NCBI GenBank assembly: GCA_900128395.1
Contig: LT649318.1
Location: forward strand, 1-38,382
DNA length: 38,382 nucleotides
Direction: 5' to 3'
Source of the DNA: Stramenopiles sp. TOSAG23-2
Taxonomy: Eukaryota
The position numbers and the translations under genes are program-made. This document shows positions 26,758 through 34,687 of the stretch, piece after piece. The first letter of the stretch is position 1. Every line of letters begins with the position of its first letter. A model generated the notes under the pieces. It searched no databases, was not told the origin of the DNA, and saw nothing but the letters and a program-made list of their open reading frames with translations.

Positions 26758-28572
26758 TCATATATTTAGTGAAGGAGGTGGTGCCATTGGTGGGGGTGGT
26801 ATATCACTATCAACACTATTTGGTGTTCCTGGTGGAAGTGCAGGGCTGCTCATTACTGAGTCATTATCATCATCATCATCTTCAGAAAAATCAGAATCAT
26901 CACTGGGATCGCTACTATCAGCATTTACCATTGGTGATGGTGGTTCAACGAACGGCGGTATGAGTGGTGGAACATCGTCCTCTTTGTTTGTATCGTTTTC
27001 TATCGTTGGAGTTAATGGAGGTGTTGGCGGTGCAGGTGGAGGTATTGATGGATTTCTAATATGCCCCGTCTTAACATTTTCCGAAGTATCAACTATAATA
27101 GTGGGTATTACAGTTGGTGCAACGCCTACATCATCATCTTTGTTTTCATTAGTTTTATTCCCATTATTATTATAATTGTTGTTGTTGTTGTTGTTGTTCT
27201 TGTTTCTATCAACAACACTTTGTCTTTTATCCCAATTCGCACGCACAGCTTGATGTAACTCATCATCAATTGGTACAAGCTGATTTTTGCCATTAGACAA
27301 ATTCCCATAATTATCTGCAATTGCCGTATTTATCGCTTTTGACGTTTCAACATTTAATGTTAACATCAATAATTCACGTTGTTTCGGATTTAGTGTCATT
27401 AGATATAACTGTTGTTGCCTTGGTTCAAGTTCTGTAAATGTAGGTTCATATTCTTCTCCCTCGTCCTCCTCCCCATTTGCTTTGTTCCTGTTAATAGCAT
27501 TATTTTCACGCTTTTTACTTTGTTTGCTATCTCTTAATAATTTTTTTACATTTTTTTCATTTTCATTTATTTTTTGCAAAGTTCGTTTACTTTTTGGAGA
27601 TTTATCTTTCATAAATTTCAACCGTTGATCTAATTGCATTAATTCTTCGTTTAAAACCCGTTCCTCATCATCTCCCATTCTTAATTTATTAACTTCTCCA
27701 TTATTTAATTTCGATTTAATATTGTCAAAACGTTGTTTTAATGAACCATTAATAATGTGTAAATTCGTCATGGCTTCAGGATCTTTATTATCATTATTAT
27801 TATTACTTTTATTATTTTTTATTATTTCATCATCTCCTAAAATATCTTCGACTTGTTGTTCTTCTTGTTTCTTTGATTGGTATTTTCTCATAGCTTCTTG
27901 CTTTATTGATTGACGATGCATTTCCGTTTCTCGACCAAGTATATTGTAACCATTTGGCGCAGGACCTTTTGATCTTGCTGACTTTGTTTCCCAACGTTGT
28001 ACATATTTTGTTTTATGCATGACGTCGCGTGCACTTAATTTAAAATTATGCTCCTCTGGATGTTTATCATATGAACGTAAACCATTATGCCAGTGTTGTG
28101 GTGGAGATTGTTGTCTTCTTACTCCTTGTACGCCATGGGTTTTTGTAATTTTTCTAAAGTCTTTTAATGTTCTTGCAGTTTGCTTATTAAATTGACGTGG
28201 ACTTAATAATTTTTGCTGCCCCCCATGATAATGTAGATTTTGTTGCGATGATTTTGTTACTCTATTGTTTCCTTTATTACTTTTATTTTTACTACCACTT
28301 TTATTATAGTTATTGAAGTCACCACGTTTCATGAAATGTGATAAACGCCTTAATGAGGTATGTTCCTCATCTCTCATGCTTTGCCTCCGATCTTCTGGCG
28401 TTGCACCTATTTCATCATAAAATTTTGTCAACGATGAATTGGCTAAATCCGAATTTGCTAAACTTTCATAAGAAGGTAATGCAAGTTCCTTTAAATCTTT
28501 TTTTGCAGCTTCTTCACTAATAGTTAATGCATTTAATATATTATCTACTTGTTGTATATTTGACAATGCCAT
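26758..28572 (-). CDS. Hypothetical protein (604 aa): coiled-coil middle, poly-Asn tracts, Pro-rich/acidic C-terminus
   Basis: Long ORF with first ATG at 28572 (MALSNIQQVD; track start is TTG). C-terminal PPPAPPTPP, SDDSDFSEDDDDDND, PPPPMAPPP. No family recognised. Confidence 0.75.
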   Translation of the reverse strand: MALSNIQQVDNILNALTISEEAAKKDLKELALPSYESLANSDLANSSLTKFYDEIGATPEDRRQSMRDEEHTSLRRLSHFMKRGDFNNYNKSGSKNKSNKGNNRVTKSSQQNLHYHGGQQKLLSPRQFNKQTARTLKDFRKITKTHGVQGVRRQQSPPQHWHNGLRSYDKHPEEHNFKLSARDVMHKTKYVQRWETKSARSKGPAPNGYNILGRETEMHRQSIKQEAMRKYQSKKQEEQQVEDILGDDEIIKNNKSNNNNDNKDPEAMTNLHIINGSLKQRFDNIKSKLNNGEVNKLRMGDDEERVLNEELMQLDQRLKFMKDKSPKSKRTLQKINENEKNVKKLLRDSKQSKKRENNAINRNKANGEEDEGEEYEPTFTELEPRQQQLYLMTLNPKQRELLMLTLNVETSKAINTAIADNYGNLSNGKNQLVPIDDELHQAVRANWDKRQSVVDRNKNNNNNNNNYNNNGNKTNENKDDDVGVAPTVIPTIIVDTSENVKTGHIRNPSIPPPAPPTPPLTPTIENDTNKEDDVPPLIPPFVEPPSPMVNADSSDPSDDSDFSEDDDDDNDSVMSSPALPPGTPNSVDSDIPPPPMAPPPSLNI

Positions 28573-28894
28573 TTTTGCTATAAATGCTAAAGCAATAAAA
28601 ATAATATGATATCTTAATATATTATTATTATATAATTCAAAGCACAGCAAAGTAAGTTCCAATTGTGTTTATAATCGTCACAAAAATAGACAGAGACCGC
28701 AGACACAGGCAACAGATATAGATAAAAATTATACACAGAAATGATATATATATATGTTCTACCAACAAAATAAAAACAAACAAATATGTACACATATGTT
28801 GCATATATCTCTAACTGATACCAAAAATATAAATAACATTTTTATAAGAAGTGCTGCTATTTATACGCTACAAATAGGTCCCAAGTGTTTTTGG

Positions 28895-28933
28895 CACAGC
28901 CGGACAGGACAGCCGCCAGGACAGCCAGACAGC
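28895..28933. promoter_or_regulatory. GGACAGCC-type direct repeats in a divergent promoter region
   Basis: cacagcc-ggaca-ggacagcc-gcca-ggacagcc-agacagc. The same core occurs on the opposite strand at 10824-10840. Confidence 0.45.
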
Positions 28934-29256
28934 GTCTCTCTGGTTTTTATGAAAGTACGATACATTTAAGGTTTTTCATCGGTACCTATTTAGCATATAA
29001 ATAGCATTAATGTTATTTGTATTCTAATCTGTGACAACCTTCAATTAGAACCTTCGAACCTAAACATTATGATATTATGATAGGCGACACATATGGTAGA
29101 CTCGGCGGCACGTAGTAGTTGCTACTATAGCTAATACAACAAATAAAAAACACACGCCAAAGGCAGCACCAAAATATGATGAAATAATAAAAAAATAATT
29201 ATATATACAGTATTTTAAAATAAAGAAACAATAGTTGCGATAATATGGAAAAGATT

Positions 29257-29311
29257 ACACACACACACACACATACATATGTATTACTGAATAATAATAA
29301 TAATAATAATA
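29257..29311. repeat. (AC)n and (AAT)n microsatellites
   Basis: acacacacacacacac at ~29257-29272 and about 7 aat units at ~29290-29311. Confidence 0.85.
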
Positions 29312-29367
29312 GTACGAAAGAGAAAATTCAATGCGAACATATATATATATACACACATATAAAGAAC

Positions 29368-30801
29368 ATGTACAAAGAACAAAAATCGTATGAACCGTTA
29401 GGTCAAGAAATGGAAGAAGAACAAAATCCACATATATTGCTGCCATTGAATGTTGTATGTAAATTGTTTTTACCAGTATCATTAGCATTTATATTGTTCG
29501 TATCTATTATAATAATTACATTTATTACAGCTAGTCCTAATGGGAAAATAACATCTGTTATTTTCGTATTTCGTGATGCAGGAGAATATTTTTCATTAAT
29601 TCCATTTTTATTAACACTTCAAAAACAACAGGCAAATAATTTTTTAGTATCTGGTATTATTATTAATGGAGGTACAGCACCTGCAGACGCTTCAATTGAA
29701 AATAAAAATATTTTTATGTTATCATCTTTTTTTCCAAATTTAAATGCTAAAAAATTAATTGAACGAAATCAAACATTTGATCAAGCAAATGAATTTGTCA
29801 AATTAATTATAAAAAAGCAAGAAGAGGATAATTACCGAAAAGAAATTAATCGTTTTGTTGTTATTTCGGGGTTAGTTTCAAAAGCTCAAATTGATATAAT
29901 AAAAAATTTCAAAATTGTATATAATAATAATAATAAATTTGAAACAATTGGATATGATGATGGTTTTAACAATTGGGATAAAAATACATGGGGTCATAAA
30001 GCAATGACTACAACTATTACTATACAAACAACTAGTGATGGTAAAAAATATCAAAACGATAAACGTAGAAGTATATTTGATAAATTATGGGTAAATGCAA
30101 ATAGTATAAAACAAGAAGCAACAAAAGCAATTATGATTCCATCATTGAAATCACAAGTTGAAATAGAAGTTGTAGGTGATTCGTCATTTTTGCAATGGGA
30201 AAAAGCAACAAAAAAAGATATATTATTTTATAAAAATGTACGTAAATATATGTATGGTAATAATGAAGAAACTTGTTTTGGGATTTTATATTTCGGTGGA
30301 TATGGCAATGGATATTATGAATCTGTACAATTATTTGCAAATGTAGTAGGAAATATAACAAAACAATATAATCAAAAAATAACAACATTTTTTTGTTTTT
30401 CCTTTGTTGCTCATCCAGGTGCAAGATTTAATACGAGAAAAGAGGAAGAAATATTTAAAAATGCAGGGGCTAATAATGTTAAAATACTTTCAAGATCAGA
30501 ATATGCAACATCAATATATGCAAAAGCTAGTAATGCAACTTTATCACAAGGTAGTTCATGTGGACCTCAAAGTATAAGTATTGGAATTCCAAGTTTGTTT
30601 ACAGAAAGTTCAAATAATATTTTTCAAACGGAAGGTTTATTAGCAATTGGAAATAATTTTACTGCATTAAAAACATGGTTTTATAAAATGAAAGCAACAA
30701 ATGGACAATTACCAGGTGGTGAAAGCCATGATGGTGCTACTATTTTAAAAGATCTCGGCATTCCATTGGATCCAATAGCACGTTGTATGGAGTATTTATA
30801 A
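29368..30801 (+). CDS. Type II membrane protein with a probable GT-B fold (CDP-glycerol glycerophosphotransferase / UDP-GlcNAc 2-epimerase-like superfamily)
   Basis: One N-terminal TM (LPVSLAFILFVSIIIITFI), then VIFVFRDAGE, TIGYDDGF, IEVVGDSSFLQW, ILYFGGYG, FVAHPG, ASNATLSQGSSCGPQSISIGIP, resembling the GT-B HP...ST..EA...G.P pattern. ATG 29368 is preferred because the upstream in-frame ATG 29245 runs through CA/AAT microsatellites. Confidence 0.6.
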   Translation: MYKEQKSYEPLGQEMEEEQNPHILLPLNVVCKLFLPVSLAFILFVSIIIITFITASPNGKITSVIFVFRDAGEYFSLIPFLLTLQKQQANNFLVSGIIINGGTAPADASIENKNIFMLSSFFPNLNAKKLIERNQTFDQANEFVKLIIKKQEEDNYRKEINRFVVISGLVSKAQIDIIKNFKIVYNNNNKFETIGYDDGFNNWDKNTWGHKAMTTTITIQTTSDGKKYQNDKRRSIFDKLWVNANSIKQEATKAIMIPSLKSQVEIEVVGDSSFLQWEKATKKDILFYKNVRKYMYGNNEETCFGILYFGGYGNGYYESVQLFANVVGNITKQYNQKITTFFCFSFVAHPGARFNTRKEEEIFKNAGANNVKILSRSEYATSIYAKASNATLSQGSSCGPQSISIGIPSLFTESSNNIFQTEGLLAIGNNFTALKTWFYKMKATNGQLPGGESHDGATILKDLGIPLDPIARCMEYL

Positions 30802-31260
30802 TTATATATATATATACCCTGTATTATTAATTAGAATATAAAAAGTCTCAATGCATACATAGTACTAGCTAATTATAAACTTTTTTTTTAATTACGGTGG
30901 TAGTGCTATGCACCTATTAATACCACCAGGTACAATTGTATTTCCCCTAAGTAAATATTATATTATTATTATTCGTCTGGGCACCTAGGCAGTTGCCTAG
31001 TAGTAGTAGTATACAAAATAAATACAACAAGGCCAATATATATATGATGGTATGCAACATACGTAACATTATACCAGATTATATTATAAATAATTTACAC
31101 ACATATGTATGAAATATAAGACACATGATTGTTGATACGTAAGTAAAAACATCGCATATAACCTATATGTAGTAACCACCGTAACGACAACAAACAACTC
31201 ATAATAGTAATACCGTTAGCCGTGTGTGGAAGGGGGAAAGAGATAGAATTTTGTAAGAAG

Positions 31261-32532
31261 ATGAAGTTAACATTGGAGGCATTACAAGATCCAAAGTATC
31301 AAGAGTCAAAAACTAATTTTCAAGAAAAATTTCAAAGAGCATTTGAAACTAATAATAATAATACTGATGAATTAAGAAGACAGCAACGGAAGATTAAGAA
31401 TAGAAATAGAACGAAAAAAGTTGCAAACAAAATGCAAGTGGAAGTATTTGACATGCTTGGGACTACAAGTAATGCTGTAAGGGCAGTAAGAAAATGGTTT
31501 CAACAAAAAGAACATATTAAAATTGCTTCTGTTACTGGAAAGTTAACTTTATTATATTTGCGTAACCAAAAGTTAGATCCCAATACGGGTAAAATAATTA
31601 CAAGGCCAAATGCAACGATTCATTCGAATGATAGATTAGCTGTATTATATGTTTTAAACGATTTATTTCAACGAATTCATAAAGGTAAGAACACTGATAA
31701 TAATGGTAATAAGAATCGACAAAGACGAGATAGCACTGGCGATGAATCCAGTAATACTACAACGATTTCAAATCAGCTCAATAATATTAGCAGAAAAAAT
31801 AAAAAATCATTTATTGAAACTGAACAAGATTTGATGTTGGATAATGGTGATAATTATTCAAAGCAATTGTCTTTGTTTGATTATCGTGAAAAGTGGAGTA
31901 ATATCATGCCTAATCTTGTTGGCGAATGTTGTAAAAATTTATATGGTCAAGATTTAGAAAATTGTAAGTTGGTGTTAAATGTATGGAAGACTAAAAAGAT
32001 TTTAAATGGGAACATGTTACAACACATTATTGATAAATATATCTCTAAAATAACAAGTAGTAAACGACGAACCGAAGATCATCATGATGACAATAATAAC
32101 AATTACATCAGTAGTGGCAGCAATGTTGTTATAAAGAATAATAATGCAGTAATTACACCAAACCATAATAAAGACATGGAGAAATACCAATATGTATCTA
32201 CATCATCATTTAACGCGCCATCATCAAATAATAATACAAAAGGTTTTTCTTCATCTGGTGGTAGGAAGAGTAATAAAGGGCATGCCAAGAAGAAAACAAT
32301 GATATTGCAAAAAAATAATGGTGGTGGTGGCAGTTTTTTTAGAGCTACAAATGCAAATAATAATGTAACGTCAAGTCATAGTCGTAAACACACTAGAAGT
32401 AATAATAAAAAAAAGAACAATAATAACAAGAACAAGAAAAGAAAATTGAATTCACAACAGCGTCGTAATAATCATAATAATAATAACAGTAATAGTCGTA
32501 ATAAAAGTAGAAGTAAGAAGAGCACAAGTTAA
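31261..32532 (+). CDS. CTD-interacting domain (CID/RPR) protein with a basic, Asn-rich disordered tail
   Basis: AVRAVRKWF, RLAVLYVLNDLFQR (CID signature KL..LYL.ND..Q) and CKLVLNVWKTKKIL (CID last-helix pattern). First ATG is 31261; the track start is GTG. Confidence 0.7.
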   Translation: MKLTLEALQDPKYQESKTNFQEKFQRAFETNNNNTDELRRQQRKIKNRNRTKKVANKMQVEVFDMLGTTSNAVRAVRKWFQQKEHIKIASVTGKLTLLYLRNQKLDPNTGKIITRPNATIHSNDRLAVLYVLNDLFQRIHKGKNTDNNGNKNRQRRDSTGDESSNTTTISNQLNNISRKNKKSFIETEQDLMLDNGDNYSKQLSLFDYREKWSNIMPNLVGECCKNLYGQDLENCKLVLNVWKTKKILNGNMLQHIIDKYISKITSSKRRTEDHHDDNNNNYISSGSNVVIKNNNAVITPNHNKDMEKYQYVSTSSFNAPSSNNNTKGFSSSGGRKSNKGHAKKKTMILQKNNGGGGSFFRATNANNNVTSSHSRKHTRSNNKKKNNNNKNKKRKLNSQQRRNNHNNNNSNSRNKSRSKKSTS

Positions 32533-32643
32533 AAAAGAAAAAATGAAAACTTTGTTTTAAATTAAAATCTAGGTTCTATGATGGGTGGTGTCCTACAAAA
32601 ATGTATGTAAAAAATTCGAAGAGAAGACGACGCGTCGTGTTTG

Positions 32644-32664
32644 GAGAGAGAGAGAGAGAGAGAG
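32644..32664. repeat. (GA)n microsatellite
   Basis: About 10 GA units. Confidence 0.9.
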
Positions 32665-32675
32665 GGTATTTGTAA

Positions 32676-32891
32676 TACTCGTACGAACGTTAATATATAC
32701 GTACGAAGTACGTACGCGTACGATTTACGCGTATAATATGTCATATCATATTACTAATGTCTGTCAAATTCGTATCATATAAACAATACGATCGTAATAT
32801 ACTTACGAAGTACTTCTTTTTAAAATATACTCGTACGTACGAAGTCGTACGAGAATATGTACAAATATTTTTTAAAATTACGAGTACGTAA
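32676..32891. other. Densest TACG/CGTA (CGTACG) patch, between convergent gene 3' ends
   Basis: About 14 TACG counted by eye in ~215 bp, e.g. tacgtacgaagtacgtacgcgtacgatttacgcgta and tcgtacgtacgaagtcgtacga. Confidence 0.75.
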
Positions 32892-32916
32892 TTTATAATA
32901 TATATCATATTCCTTT

Positions 32917-34068
32917 TTACTCTGGTTTCTTCTTCTCTTCGCCATCATTTTTTACAGTATTCTTCTTACTCGTACTATTACCAGAAGTTGATGCTTGTTT
33001 ACTTATTGTTGTATTTTTTGTTGTATTGGTACTGCTGCTACTGCTGCCTCCAAATGGATTAATAGCATACGTAAATGCATTCCATAAATGTTCGCCACTC
33101 TTTTTTTGTATATTAGAATCACCTAGTACTTGTTGCATCCAAAATGCTGCATGTTTACCAACTTCTTCATCATTCAACACATTATGTGTAACAGACGTAG
33201 CTGCATCTGTTGAACTTTGTACAACATCTGCACGTGCTAAGGTATGTACTAATAATTGACCCAATGCAGCGCGAGTTTGTTCATCTTCCATCAATTGTGA
33301 CAATAAATCCAAAACAACCTTTTTCGTCCATGGCTCTTGTAAAACATTGCCAAATAATATCGTCACTTGATCTAATGTTTGTTGATCTTTTAATATGTAC
33401 TGGACAACATTTTGTGATAATTTATTTACTTCATTCTGTGTCTCTGGATTGCGTAATGCAATGACTAATAATTGCACCAAAGCAATTTGTGTTTCTGGCT
33501 GTTGGACTAAATTTTGTAAAAATGTTACCGTCTGTTTTAATACTTTTTCATCTTGTAAAACAGTATTTACGGCACCAATTGCTAATTGTTGCACCTCAGA
33601 CTGAAATTCCTCACTCGCAATACTTTTACTTGTAACCTCGGCAACATTTCCAGAAAAATAATCGATAATAGTACTACCATATATCCATGTACCCATGCCA
33701 ATAAGTAAAAATGCACCACCATATATACGAGAATTTTTTTGACTTTGTAAACGCATAAGACGTTCCATTGCATTTTCCATACTAGCAGTTTCTTCCTCAG
33801 CTGCTGAAATAAATGTGCGCCGTTGACACATTCTATTTACACGAATACAAGATTGGCTTTTTCTTATGTTCCCATATTTACGATAACGAGTAAAAATATT
33901 GATTCTATTATGATTGATATTGTTATTATTATTATTTAGTCTATAATTATTTCTATTATTCTTAATAAAATGGTGATATTTTCTACATTGATGTGCCAGC
34001 ATTTTATTTTTCTTGTTGATATTTACAATTGATTTCATCTTGGAAGGTTTATATATTTTAGAAAACAT
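32917..34068 (-). CDS. Probable mitochondrial single-pass membrane protein with ~19-aa amphipathic helical repeats
   Basis: Long Arg/Lys-rich, acid-free N-terminus ending QRRTFISA (presequence-like). TM IYGGAFLLIGMGTWIYG. Repeats VLQDEKV / LVQQPETQ / LRNPETQ / ILKDQQT / VLQEPWT / LMEDEQT / VLNDEEV / VLGDSNIQ. Confidence 0.7.
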   Translation of the reverse strand: MFSKIYKPSKMKSIVNINKKNKMLAHQCRKYHHFIKNNRNNYRLNNNNNNINHNRINIFTRYRKYGNIRKSQSCIRVNRMCQRRTFISAAEEETASMENAMERLMRLQSQKNSRIYGGAFLLIGMGTWIYGSTIIDYFSGNVAEVTSKSIASEEFQSEVQQLAIGAVNTVLQDEKVLKQTVTFLQNLVQQPETQIALVQLLVIALRNPETQNEVNKLSQNVVQYILKDQQTLDQVTILFGNVLQEPWTKKVVLDLLSQLMEDEQTRAALGQLLVHTLARADVVQSSTDAATSVTHNVLNDEEVGKHAAFWMQQVLGDSNIQKKSGEHLWNAFTYAINPFGGSSSSSTNTTKNTTISKQASTSGNSTSKKNTVKNDGEEKKKPE

Positions 34069-34517
34069 CTTTGCTTCGTTTTTGTTTTCTTTTGTGGTTG
34101 TATTTAATATCTCACTGTCATGTACGATAACAGCTGTAATTTACATACGTTTGAATCTGTATATTTTCTTCTTTCATCTTTTCTTATGTCTCTATTCATA
34201 TATATTATTAGAATTATATACATTCATACACACACATTTCTATTTTATGAAAAATTCGTTATACACTAATAAGTATAGTCTCTATGTGTGTACATTATAA
34301 TTGAAGGGTCATCAACACATCAATAAGTTTTGATGAATATCTCATGTATATCGATATGCCATAATGAGATTGACAACAGAAAGGTCCCTCTCAACACAAA
34401 CCGGGTCATATGTGATACGAAGCGTAAATACTTTTTGATGATAACAAAACATTCAAATAGACCGTGTGTGTGTTTGTGTGTTTGTGTGTAGAGAGAGGAA
34501 GTAATTTTTTAGTTTTT

Positions 34518-34641
34518 TACGTTCGTATTTATTATCGCGAGGTTAAAGTTATATATATACGTACGACTCGTACATACAAGAGAATATTTAAGATACACAC
34601 AAATATATCTCTCTATTTTTAGAGAAAAATATATTCTCGTA
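34518..34641. other. TACG/CGTA-rich patch downstream of the 899-aa gene stop
   Basis: tacgttcgta, atacgtacgactcgtac and ctcgtaa within ~170 bp of the stop at 34688. Confidence 0.5.
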
Positions 34642-34687
34642 AAATTTGTTTTATAATTTTTTTTTTTAAATATAATAAATCTCAAAA

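Noticed and set aside
29245-29367. N-terminal extension of the GT-B-like ORF (THTHTHT, poly-N)
   Set aside because: It translates AC/AAT/AT microsatellites typical of UTRs here; ATG 29368 is the more plausible start.
30896-30927. Inverted repeat ggtggta...taccacc
   Set aside because: The arms are only 7 bp, which is compatible with chance, and no second copy suggests a MITE.
32676-32891. CRISPR array or satellite
   Set aside because: No constant repeat-spacer period, no identical 25-45 bp repeats, no cas genes, and a eukaryotic context.
34300-34450. Possible snoRNA or other ncRNA (TGATGA boxes, atctcat/atgagat stem)
   Set aside because: No properly placed CTGA D box or terminal stem. It cannot be supported without an Infernal/Rfam search.
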